A stretch of 62,920 bases of DNA, the filler included, from Octopus bimaculoides (taxonomy: Eukaryota): NCBI RefSeq assembly GCF_001194135.2. It is 6 parts of 6 records of this genome, joined end to end, with 100 filler letters (N's around TTAATTAATTAA, not from the genome) between each part and the next. Parts side by side here need not be neighbours in the genome. Positions count along the whole stretch, not along the records: positions 37,697 to 57,730 come from NC_068983.1; 5 more parts are not named here. One strand, 5' to 3'. The notes under the pieces are model-generated. The model was not told where the DNA came from. It saw only the letters and a program-made list of their open reading frames with translations, and ran no database searches. Shown here piece after piece: positions 38,745 through 50,472 of this stretch; position 1 is the first letter of the stretch, and each line of letters starts with the position of its first letter. A program made the translations under genes and the position numbers.

Positions 38745-40190
38745 TACTGAAATATGTAATGCTCACAGAAAAATACGAAAACTGTTGACAATGCATAGAA
38801 TGCACCACCCTAAGGCTGATATAGAACGTCTTTATCTGCCAAGAAAAGAGGGATGCTGTGGACGTCTAGAGCTGTCATTAACAATGAAGGTATCCACAAT
38901 TGGCCTAGACACCTATCTGAAAAACTCTGAGGACTGGATGCTAAAACTTGTCTCAAAACATGAAAGCATGAAAGCATCTTACTCAGTAACAAAACAGGCA
39001 AAGGAATATCTAAGTGAATTCCAATTGCAACAAATTCAAGAATTAGACAACCTAGAAACACCCACAGAAAAAGCTAAGCTCTTGAAAACCCGTGCTAAAA
39101 TTGCTGCCTTAGATATTATGACTGAAAAATGGCATGGAAAATATCCAAAGAGAGCGAATAATGCAGATATTAACAAAGCCCTTACCCATCAATGGCTGAT
39201 GGCCTCTGGCTTGAAATCAGAAACAGAGGGTTTTATCATAGCAGCCCAAGATCAATGCCTACCTACAAAGAACTACCAGGCCAACATATTAAAGAACGGC
39301 AGCTCCCCATTATGTCGTATATGCCAACAACAAAATGAGACCATCGATCATGTTGTCTCCATGTGCAGTCTGCTTGCGCCTACAGAGTATCTGAACAGGC
39401 ATGATAGAGCTGCACAATATATTCACTGGGTAATATGCAAAAACCTGGACTTGCCCCGTGATAAAAACTGGTGGGAACACAAACCACCCCCAGTACTTNN
39501 NNNNNNNNNNNNNNNNNNNNNNNNNNNNNNNNNNNNNNNNNNNNNNNNNNNNNNNNNNNNNNNNNNNNNNNNNNNNNNNNNNNNNNNNNNNNNNNNNNNN
39601 NNNNNNNNNNNNNNNNNNNNNNNNNNNNNNNNNNNNNNNNNNNNNNNNNNNNNNNNNNNNNNNNNNNNNNNNNNNNNNNNNNNNNNNNNNNNNNNNNNNN
39701 NNNNNNNNNNNNNNNNNNNNNNNNNNNNNNNNNNNNNNNNNNNNNNNNNNNNNNNNNNNNNNNNNNNNNNNNNNNNNNNNNNNNNNNNNNNNNNNNNNNN
39801 NNNNNNNNNNNNNNNNNNNNNNNNNNNNNNNNNNNNNNNNNNNNNNNNNNNNNNNNNNNNNNNNNNNNNNNNNNNNNNNNNNNNNNNNNNNNNNNNNNNN
39901 NNNNNNNNNNNNNNNNNNNNNNNNNNNNNNNNNNNNNNNNNNNNNNNNNNNNNNNNNNNNNNNNNNNNNNNNNNNNNNNNNNNNNNNNNNNNNNNNNNNN
40001 NAATTTTCTTATGGATTCTTAAACATTCTTTAGAACAACACTATGTACAAATCCAAATATATGGTACCCTAGGCATAACACCTACATGAACTTCTAACTT
40101 GTTGTCTCTTGAGGTCTCTGGGTGAGACTTGGATCCAACTTGTACAAATGCAAAACAAAAGTCAAACATAAAATAATAATAATAATAATG

Positions 40191-40227
<37 letters not shown>
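38745..40227 (+). mobile_element. R4/Dong-like non-LTR element, 5'-truncated copy 2 with (AAT)n tail
   Basis: HPKADIERLYLPRKEG..SETEGFIIAAQDQCL..CRICQQQNETIDHVVSMC..YLNRHDRAA..WWEHKP. Confidence 0.92.
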
Positions 40228-40229
<2 letters not shown>

Positions 40230-40765
40230 GTACTACCAGGCACTGGCTTCCATGGCTTCCGGATAACACTTCCGGAGTGGGAGTGTTATCGTACATTGTT
40301 TTGTCTTGGTATAAAAGATGGGCTACCGCAAATATTCTGCTCAATACCACAGATTTGATTGTCAGTTGCTTGACTTTAACGAACTGAGCATGTCCTTTAG
40401 AGGTTGATGATATGTGCATCTCTGATCACGATCAGGAGTAGTTGGGGAGCATCATAGCCATGTGTTGAGAGGAATTCTTTGGGATTTGGATAATTCACCT
40501 TTGGAAAGATGAGTGTTTTGTTCAACATTCTTAAACAACCCTTATTTAAGGACCTTTTGAGCGGGATGGGCTACTCGACCTGAAGAAAATTCTAACTGGG
40601 CCCCACCTGCAAGGTCATGCACTGGTTTTCTTGATATAAGATCCATTTATCTCGCACATATGGTTGTGATGCATGCGTGTCTCTGGTGTACCCTTCTCAG
40701 ACGGGTAGTCATGATGGGTATACTGGGCTTCGTATATTTTACCCCAGTATCACTTTGATGGCATA
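40230..40765. repeat. Unclassified interspersed repeat, copy 1
   Basis: Colinear with 40905-41350 and, inverted, with 44150-44310. Confidence 0.8.
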
Positions 40766-40772
40766 AAAAAAC

Positions 40773-40836
<64 letters not shown>

Positions 40837-40904
40837 CCTTTCTACTATAGGCACAAAGACTGAAATTTGGGAGAGAGGGATAGTCAATTACATCGACCCC
40901 TTAC

Positions 40905-41350
40905 ATTCTGCTCAATACCACAGATTTGCTTGTCAGTTGTTTGACCTTAACCAGTTGAGCATGTCCTTTGGTGGTTGACGATATGTGCATATCTGACCAG
41001 GAACAGAGGTGGTAGGAGTGCATCATACCCATATGTTGAGAGGAATTCTTTGGACTTTGAATAATTCGCGTCTGGAAATATGGGTGTTTTGTTCAACTTC
41101 CTTGAACAACCCTTATTCAAGGACTATTTTGAGCGGGATGGGCTATTTGACCTGAAGAAAATTCTAACTGATCCCCACCTGTAAGGTCATGCGCTATTAA
41201 TCTTAATATGAGATCCCCATGTCGTGCACACATGGTTGTAATGCATGTGCCTGGTGTATCTTATCAGACGGGTAGTTGTGATGGGTAAACTGGGCTTCGT
41301 ATATTTTACCTCAGTGTCACTTTGATGGCATGCACTGCTCTCTCACTCAG
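40905..41350. repeat. Unclassified interspersed repeat, copy 2
   Basis: ATTCTGCTCAATACCACAGATTTG..CACTTTGATGGCAT shared with copy 1. Confidence 0.8.
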
Positions 41351-41361
41351 TCATAACAATA

Positions 41362-41560
41362 TTCTTAAATTTTGGCACAAGGCCAGCAATTTGGGAGGAG
41401 AGGGCAAGTCGATTACATCGATGCAGATGTTCAAGTAGTTCTTATTTTATCGACCCCGAAACGAATGGAAGGCAAAGTTAACTTCCGGCGGAATTTGAAC
41501 ACAGATCGTGATGAAGAGCGAAATGCTGTCAAGCATTTTGCCCGGCGTGCTGCCAAATCA
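41362..41560 (-). mobile_element. SINE family B
   Basis: TTATCGACCCCGAAACGAATGGAAGGCAAAG..GGAATTTGAAC. Confidence 0.8.
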
Positions 41561-41814
41561 CCCACCTCAATGCGTGGTACTGCTGCTGTTGCTGTTGCTA
41601 TTACTACTATCATTATGGTAGTCTCTGACAGCAGGATCCTTGAGAATTTGTCGTTGTCAGCAAATTTATTTGCTTAGTGGAGTAAGGCGTGTGAAGTTTC
41701 GAGCTTTTGACAATACTAATTATCACAATATGATTTATGCAAATAGTCCTTATGGACAAAACTCTTTACAAAATGCATATTTATATCAAGAAGATCCATC
41801 ACAGTCATAAACCT

Positions 41815-42275
41815 ATAGGTGTGGTTGTGTTGTTAGGAGCATGCTCACCAACTATGTAGTCTTAGGTTCAGTCCTATTACGTAGCACTCTGGGCAAGAAT
41901 CTTTTACTACAGCTCCGAGCAGATCAATGCCTTGTGAATGGATTTGATAGATGGAAACTGAAAGGAATCTGCCATGTGTGTCTGTATGTGTGTATGTGTG
42001 TGTGTGTATGTGTGTGTGTGTGTGTGTGTGCGCGTGTGTCTCTTTCTCACTATATATATATGTCGTTTGTGAGTGTCTTTGTGTTTGACCCCTACCACCG
42101 ATTGACTACCGGTTTGTTTACGCTCTGTAACTTAGAAGTTTGGCAAAAAAACAAAAAAAAAACAAAACAAAAAAAAACAAAGTACTGGGATCAATTTGTT
42201 CGACCCTGAAAATTTCGTCACGGTGGTGCTCCAGCTTGGCTGCAGTCCAATAACTGCAAGACGTAAAATAAAGAA
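41815..42275 (+). mobile_element. SINE family A, diverged
   Basis: Colinear with the 35560 copy. Confidence 0.8.
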
Positions 42276-42497
42276 AGAAAATATATATATGACAATATAG
42301 ACGAAACCTGGTCTAGTGGTTGAGAAGTTTGATCCATAATCATGAGATCCCATGTTCGGTCACATTGCGTAGCATATGTCTTTTTTCATTATTGTTGGTT
42401 TAACACAAGAATTACAAATACCAGTGTGTAAATGGAAACTGTGTAGAAGCTCACCGGATAGGTTGTATTTGTAATTTAAAGGAACTGTCTTGTTACA

Positions 42498-42614
42498 CTA
42501 ACCCTAACCCTAACCCTAACCTAACCCTAAAACGCTATCCCTAACTCTAAAACCCTAACCCTGACACTAAAACCCTAACCCTAACCCGAACCCTAAAACC
42601 CTAAAGCTAAAACC
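42498..42614. repeat. Degenerate telomere-like (CCCTAA)n array
   Basis: Three perfect CCCTAA units followed by variants such as CCCTAAAA, CCCGAA and CCCTGA. Confidence 0.85.
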
Positions 42615-44149
42615 AGTACAAACACACGAACGATGTCGTAAATAACAGTGAAAAAGCTCATTTACACCGCCACACAGTAGTAATTGTTTTCACCTCAATA
42701 GACGTCATTGATTGGTTGAAATTACCGAAATACGACAACTTTAACACGAAATAACTTCGAAAATATAGACTTTTCTTGAAAACGCCAAGAGTAAATGATG
42801 TTTTAAATGACACATTCTACCAGTATACGAAATTTGAAAGTGTTTAGTTACAAAAAATTATTTTTTCTATGTGCCGACCAAAAGGAAAAGATCCAAGATA
42901 CTATTTATTTCGATACAATTTATGAGGATAGTTTTTATGACAAAAGAATTATATACAAACTGATACGGTTGATCACAATACAATTTATACAAGTACCATT
43001 ATGATAACAATAGTCAAGACCGTATAATTTATGACAATATTATGTACAACCAACACAATGCCATAACATAGTAATTAGCAAAAATATGCAGAGTAAAAAA
43101 TACTGATGCCCACACAAATCCTTATGTATGCGAGTGTGTACCTGAGTATCCCGGTTGTATTCGAAAGTAGAACACTTATTCACTACACGAGGCGGTCTCC
43201 ATACTTTGACATAAAATGTACCAGATACCTCAAAACTAGTGAAGGGAGAGACAACTTCCAACCACTCATATATCAACCTCGTTTTCGGTCGTACATAAAA
43301 TACGAGATGACGGTACTGGCGAAAAGCTATTGCATAACGTTATGAAACTGGCAGTACTCCATACATAATTATATACATATACATAAATACATGCTTACAT
43401 ACATCCACATCCACCTGCTCAACAAAAACACACACCTGTGTGTGTGTGTGTGTGTTTGTGTTTTTGTGCGTGCGTGTGTGTGTGTACATGTTTGTGTGTA
43501 CACGTATGAATATGTTAGAGACAGTGAAAGTTTGTATATATTTGTACATATAGAATATAGATCTACCGCTACCTGGTTTGACAAAAACACGTCTCGAAAC
43601 ACGTTCTATCGTCTTAAAAATAGAATGAAATGCATTGCGTGGTATATGTCTTTTATCATTACTGTTGGGTTAACACAAGAATTACAAATGGTAGTGTGTA
43701 GATGGAAACTGTGTGGAAGCTCGCCGGGTAGGTTGTATCTGTGATTTAAAAGTCCTGTCTTGTCATACAATGTCTCACACTCCATGAAAATTAGGTTAAG
43801 ACTGAACGAGCCTGTGACATACACAGCCATTTCTAGATTAATTCAACGAATAATAAGTCCTATCGTCTTTAAAATAGAAGGAAATATTTGATAATGTAGT
43901 CTTAAATACATTATGTCTAAACTTGAGATAGGATGGCCACGGTTGGAACGCCTTCGGTCAATTATCTGCTGGATGAGGACTGATTTGAATTCAACTATGG
44001 CAAGATGATCCAGTTATGCATTAGCAATAACACTGTGTATCACGATTTTTGTCCTTGAGCAGAAACTGTTATTTCCTATTTGCTTACCTCTAGAAAGTAT
44101 GAAAAATGGTTATTTCCTTCAAACATTGCTTTTGTTATTATTACATTCA

Positions 44150-44310
44150 AATCCCAAAGAATCCCTCTCAACACAAGGCTATGATGTTCTTCCACTATTC
44201 TTGCTCATGATCAGGGATACACATATTGTCAGCCATTAAGGGACACGCTCAAGTGGTTAAGGTCAAGCAACTGACAAGTAAATATGTGGTATTGAGCAGA
44301 ATATTTACTA
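44150..44310. repeat. Unclassified interspersed repeat, inverted partial copy 3
   Basis: AAATCCCAAAGAATCCCTCTCAACAC..GTGGTATTGAGCAGAATATTT. Confidence 0.75.
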
Positions 44311-45098
44311 TAACGATATTTCAGCTTCAGCAACTCAACGCTGAATTTGTCTGAAATGTAATGGAAAATAGGTCAGTTTCAAAACATTGATGTGTAGGTC
44401 CGAAAAGCAAAGTTTGAAAGGAATAATTAGTCATTTCCTCTGATTCCTAGATAGAAGCAAAGAAGAAATAACTCCTACTGACCAAAAGGAAAATAAAATA
44501 TATTTGTTACACAGTGTAATACCCAAGCTACTCCATCCACCCAATAATTTACTACTAGAGTTTCTGGTTAATTAAACAGGTTATAACAAACTTCAGTAGC
44601 TTCTCTTGTGAAGGATATCTTTTGCTCAGCCATTCTATTGAATACAAATCTGTTTAGTTTATATTTCCGTTTCAGAGTTGAATTATCCTATTTATCTTCT
44701 ATCTAAGTCCATTAAGGAAATTTGCCACATTTCTTGGCGACACCATTGAAATATTCAAATGGTTCTACTGATATTTCCTGTTTTGTAAACTGCTGTTAAC
44801 TACATGTAAGCGAACAAATTTGTCCAATCTATACAAACAATGACCTTTTTGAAATGTGTGACCTTTAAAGACATCAAACCTATCACTTTACTCTCCACCA
44901 TACCCAGAGCAATGAAAACAAATATAAATCATCATCTTTTCACCGATTGCGAACACTTACCAGTCCCCATGGTCGTCATTTTAAGTTTCATATATCAAGA
45001 TTTATTAACATATTTTCCCCTAAGTTAGCAGCAGATGGACTCGAGCATAAGAGTAATTTGGCGAAAATATATCCATCTCCGTGTCTCACTAGTAGAAC

Positions 45099-45183
<85 letters not shown>

Positions 45184-45361
45184 AGATGCAGGCACACGGA
45201 CGCTCACACGCATGCACGCACATACACGTCCACACACGCACACGGACGCTCACGCGCATGCACGCACGCACACACACACACACACATGAACGTACACACA
45301 TATATATGACTGTGCGTGTATAGGGAGAGAGAAAAGGAGAGAAAGATAGAGAGATAGGAAG

Positions 45362-45399
<38 letters not shown>

Positions 45400-45914
45400 G
45401 GCGACAAAGGGAGGGAGGGAGAAAGCCCTAAATACAAATTCATACAAATATGAACAAGTAAAAAAGGTTGTCAATACGTTCAAGTGAAATACGACCGAAT
45501 CTGTTATCACAGATATCAAATTCTACCATGGGTCTTTATACACACGTGTTGAAAAGCATAACAAAAGAACAAGAAGGCAAAAAAAAACAGAAAGAAATAC
45601 AAAAAAAACAGAAAGAAATACAAAAAAAAACCTCGCTCAGAAACTCAACCTACTAATTCAAATGTCATTTCAAATCTTGTTATTTATCATACAGTTTATA
45701 TTTTCTTAACTGATAACCGTCGTTCTTTCATTGCGTCCAATCAACATCTTGCAAATAACCATATCTTCCATTAAACAACTCCTTCCTGCGTAACTTCTCA
45801 ATCAGATCTAGCTATCTGATAGTATTTAACAATACCAAAACGCATCATTTTTGACGAGAGAGCCTATAATAGACTTTCTTCTTTCTGGTAATTTTATATT
45901 ATTATATTTCATAT

Positions 45915-46060
45915 AGGCGCAGGCGTAGCTGTGTAGTAAGAAATGTGCTTCCCACGCACATGGTCCCGGGTTCAGTCCCACTGCGTGTTGCCTTGGGCAA
46001 GTGTCTTCCACTCTAGCCTCTGGCCGACTAAAGCTTTGTGAGTGGATTTGGTAGAAGGAA
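45915..46060 (+). mobile_element. SINE family A 5' half
   Basis: GGCGCAGGCGTAGCTGTGTAGTAAG..GGGTTCAGTCCC..CCTTGGGCAAGTG. Confidence 0.85.
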
Positions 46061-46833
46061 ATATATCAACTTTAAATAGAGCTCAAAACTGATCCGTTGA
46101 AAATACTTTATTACAACAATAATAATAATGATACAAAAACTCAGCTGTGAGTTTTTTGCTAAGATTGTTAACAGATACTATATTTTTTTGCAAAATTTTG
46201 GGGTAAAAAAATATATTTAAACATATATATATATATATANNNNNNNNNNNNNNNNNNNNNNNNNNNNNNNNNNNNNNNNNNNNNNNNNNNNNNNNNNNNN
46301 NNNNNNNNNNNNNNNNNNNNNNNNNNNNNNNNNNNNNNNNNNNNNNNNNNNNNNNNNNNNNNNNNNNNNNNNNNNNNNNNNNNNNNNNNNNNNNNNNNNN
46401 NNNNNNNNNNNNNNNNNNNNNNNNNNNNNNNNNNNNNNNNNNNNNNNNNNNNNNNNNNNNNNNNNNNNNNNNNNNATATACCTACCCCCAACCTCTGCCT
46501 ACCCACATACCCCTACCTCTACCCCACCATCACCCTAACCCACACCCCACCAATGCTTTCCCCACTCTCGCCTCACCCACCTCCCAACACCTTTACATCA
46601 CATCACGCTACACCATATCACACAACACATCACATCACAACACACCACCAGGCACACACCAGCACTGACCAATTCCCATCCTCACATTTTCACACCTTCA
46701 CACCTACATACACACATGCATACGTTAAGATCACCAGCATTCTCTCACACACACGCACCTTCGTTTGGGATCACTACTTTTTTGTTATCTCCCCTTCTCC
46801 TTAACTCTCCTGTGTGACCCTTCTGTCCGGCAT

Positions 46834-47034
46834 TCGCCATGATAGATCACTGACCAATACACATAGTTTTTCTCTCTCCTTGTTTCTCTCCTTGTTTCTT
46901 TCTGTGTTCCTTTCTGTTGAAGAGCGTAGGCTCGAAACGTTAAATACTTTCTCTATTCCCGAGCGTTATACTAATACATCCATTTGTTGTTTACATCACC
47001 TGTCTTCGTCTGTTGTTTTTTCGTGAATTCTCCC
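46834..47034 (+). mobile_element. ~200 bp element with a hammerhead-like motif at 46910-46945
   Basis: CTTT-CTGTTGA-A-GAGC-gtag-GCTC-GAAA-CG-TT-AAA; colinear with 15348-15549; ends at (AT)n. Confidence 0.72.
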
Positions 47035-47049
47035 ATATATATATATAAC

Positions 47050-47760
47050 TTTGATAACTTTGATAGGTTTCGGCCAGTATAGGCCCAGGCTATGTCTAAC
47101 TCAATAGAACCACCTGGTGAAGTCTTTTTGTCATATATGGGACACCATAGCCCACTCTAGCAAAGAGTTATTATTGTTGGAGACATATGCGGGTGTAGAA
47201 GGTTGGTCCGGGATCTTTTGATGAAATTTGTCCAGTGCACATTTGAATTCCATGGGATCCGTTTCCGTTTTGACGTATTTTGGTATGGTATTAAAGAGAG
47301 CTGGACTGGTTGAGGTAAAGTAATTGTACCGTAATGTTGCTATGTGTACCGAGTTCGATTTTTGTAGTAGGCGGATAGCACGGGGGCCAAGTCTTGGATG
47401 GATTTCAAAATTGGTTCCAACATTATTTGTGCAATATTGGTGCCAACATTATTTGTGCAATATTGATGCAATATTTTCACATAACACAAATCATGTAGCG
47501 CTCCCGGCGGTGTTGGAGAGAGTAGAGATTGAGTTTTTTAGTCGACCCCAATAATCAATGCCTCTCATGCCGTCTATCTTTCTTGTTATGGACCTCTGGA
47601 GGGTTTCTACTTTCATAATGAGTTGCTTCGTATGGGAGGACCACAGTGGGCAACAGTACTCAAGGTATGGTCGGGCAAAAGTAGAGGAGAGAAGGATGAT
47701 GGTGTAGGCATCTCTAGACTGAAAAGTTCTCAGATTCCAGGAGCACATCTTGCAGGCCAA
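47050..47760 (-). mobile_element. CR1-like LINE 3' fragment
   Basis: TFARPYLEYCCPLWSSHTKQLIMKVETLQRSITRKIDGMRGIDYWGRLK (CR1 thumb region). Confidence 0.85.
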
Positions 47761-47819
47761 GTCAACATTGCTGTTTCGGTGGGAACTCCTGCTTAGATTG
47801 TTATCAACAATTAAAGACA

Positions 47820-47883
<64 letters not shown>

Positions 47884-47999
47884 ACAAACACTGTTGATGA
47901 AGTATAACAATGCTGCAAGGAGAGTTTTGAACAACGCACACACACACACACATATAGAGAGACTGACAGACAGACAGACAGATAGATAGATAGAGACGC

Positions 48000-48215
48000 C
48001 TGTGTGTGTGTTTGTCCCACCCCACTGCTTGACAACCAGTATTGGTGTGTTTACGTCCTCGTAAGTAGCGGTTCGGCAAAAACACCGACAGAAAAGTACC
48101 AAGCTTAAAAAGAAAATAAGTACTAGGGTTGATGAATTTGACTAAAATTCCTCGAGGTGGTGCCCCAGGATGATCGCAGTCTAATGACTGAAACAAATAA
48201 AAGATAAAAGATGTA
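48000..48215 (+). mobile_element. SINE family A 3' half
   Basis: TTGACAACCAGTATTGGTGTGTTTAC..GACTGAAACAAATAAAAG. Confidence 0.8.
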
Positions 48216-48899
48216 TTTTAAATTAAGTGTGATCGACGATACAGGAAATACGAAGAGGATGAGAATAAAAAAGGTAGCGCTCGACAGTATTCGATCCAGT
48301 GCAACCAATAATATTTCTTGAAGTATATGAAACATTAGTGGTTATATGCTTCTTCACTGTCTTACATACACGCTGTGCCTTTTATCTATGAAGTTTCTAT
48401 CGCTGTTACAACAACACTAGCTGCTCGTAGCGGCTAGATTGACAGAAATAATAGGAACTCGGTCGACATTTCCGACAATGAGATTATAGTTGTTCGATCA
48501 AATGAACTAGCAGTTCATTGAATTCAAGCATAAATGGTAGAATATTCTGCATAATGGTTTCGCTTTAACTTAATCATCATGCAGATTTGACGTGACACAG
48601 TGTGTGACAAGGGTGAACAACAACACACACACACACACATATAGAGAGACTGACATTTACCCATGTCCTCGTGATTGCCACGCAGCCATTTTAATTATTC
48701 GACCAAAGTGCCGCTGCTCGACAGATATATACTTCTCAAAAACAGGTCTACCTGATCCACTTGTTTCTCTTCCTTTAATCCTCCGTGTATTTTATCTTCC
48801 AGAATAAAATAGCAAGAAACTCCTTCCCAATACTCTCCTTCCAGAACAGCGATAACCTCTAGAGTCTCCCCTTCGTTTCTTATGATATTAAGCTACAGA

Positions 48900-49460
48900 A
48901 CTCATGACCATTTATGGGCGTATGGTGAAAAGCTTTGAAGAGATGGTATCTTCTTGCTTGTTGCCCTTCCTAAATGTAAGTCTTACTGTGGGCGATAGCA
49001 GAGCAATATTCTTGGTGCATCCAAAGTTTGAATCCTTCAGCAGTTTGGTGCATTGCGCATCGACACTTAGCATTTCTGGAGATCTCAGTACTGTGTCCAT
49101 CTCGACACTATCAAAGGCCTTTTCGTAAACAACGAAAGCGACATACAGAAGCGACTTGTATTTCATTCGTTTGTTCTATGAGCTGCATTAGAGAGAATGT
49201 GATCTATCATACCGTGGTTCTGACGGAAAGCTGCTTGCTACCTCGGCTGATGGTCATCAACATATTTCGATAGTCTGGCAGCTATGACCTTTGTAAACAG
49301 CTTATAGAAGTGGGGCAAGAGGTATAGGGGTTGATAGCATCTTAAATTTTTTTTATCAGCCTTGTTAGGAAGAAAGATGGTATTCGACTTTGCACAACAA
49401 GGGTACTTTTCTCTCCTTAGATAGCGATTGAAACCTAGAGAGAGGATTTTCCAGTTCTTC
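48900..49460 (-). mobile_element. Decayed RTE-clade RT fragment
   Basis: YQPLYLLPHFYKLFTKVIAARL..QPR*QAAFR..AFVVYEKAFDSVE..GNKQEDTISSKLFT. Confidence 0.85.
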
Positions 49461-49749
49461 ACCTCCGTACGGTCGGTGTCTCTCTTTTTTGTTTTATTAT
49501 ACGCACACACGCACGCATGCAAGTACACGCACGCACATACACACACTCACACACACATATACACATATATATGTGTACGTGAGATGTACGTGTTATTGTC
49601 TTTATCAGCTCTGATAAAGACAGTAAGACAAACAAACACTGCTGATGAAGTACAACAATGCTGAAAGGAGAGTTTTGAACAACATCGTAACGCTAAATTC
49701 CCACAGAATCCGGAGGCTATATCATTAATCCTAGATGAGCCATCTGCTG

Positions 49750-49950
49750 TAGACACTCACGCAGAACTAACAACAGAAGAAACAGAAAATGCAATAGAAC
49801 GAAACCATAATGCCCCAGGTATAGAGTTCATCAGTGCTGAAGTGCTTAAAGCCGTTAGAGGAAGCATTGTTAATATGTTACACATCATAATCGAATAGAA
49901 TTATACAATAGAAAAGACAACAGAAGATTAAACCTAAGCACTGGTAACAT
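49750..49950 (+). mobile_element. RTE-type pre-RT fragment
   Basis: TTEETENAI..NAPGIEFISAEVLKA..NMLHII..TED*T*ALVTSI. Confidence 0.55.
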
Positions 49951-50140
49951 CTATACAGTCGCTATTGCATTCTCCCTCTCTTTACTTTCACCTGCCCCTC
50001 TTCCACTTTCTCTCTTCCTCCACTAGGGACCACTGCAATTCCTCCTCCATCTTCAGTCTTTTGTGAGACTGTTGCTTGAGTGGCGGTTGAATGTCCGACG
50101 ATGTTCTCTCACTCCGCTCTCAACTTGTTATTTTCTTTAA

Positions 50141-50356
50141 CCCTTTAGCACTCAGATTATTCTATCAAATGTAAAATTTATACACATTGCTTTGAATTAA
50201 TTATGCTTTATCTTGTAGCTTTCAGATTTTGATGATGTAACTGTATGTTTTTAGAATAATATTGTAGGATAAACACGAGAGACCAGATCTTGACTGTGTG
50301 AACATAAAACAGGTAGAATATTTGGAACAGATATGACCGGTTTAAATGCTAAAGGA
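50141..50356. mobile_element. piggyBac-type MITE
   Basis: TTAA-CCCTTTAGCA ... TGCTAAAGGA-TTAA. Confidence 0.85.
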
Positions 50357-50472
50357 TTAACGGTAAAAGGCTCATTACCAAGTTTTGAAACGCGTTACAT
50401 CTTTGCACAACTTATGTTAAGACTGTCGTTCATGTTAAAAGAAAATTCTTATCTTTGAAAGTATATGTAATA

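Noticed and set aside
45583-45630. Short tandem duplications here, at 47418-47465 and at 53050-53097, as CRISPR-like or functional repeats
   Set aside because: Only two adjacent units with no spacers, typical of replication slippage; the DNA is eukaryotic with no cas genes
49638-49672. CTGATGAAG...CTGAAA as a hammerhead
   Set aside because: There is no convincing stem II, stem III or cleavage site, and the sister copy near 47895 lacks GAAA
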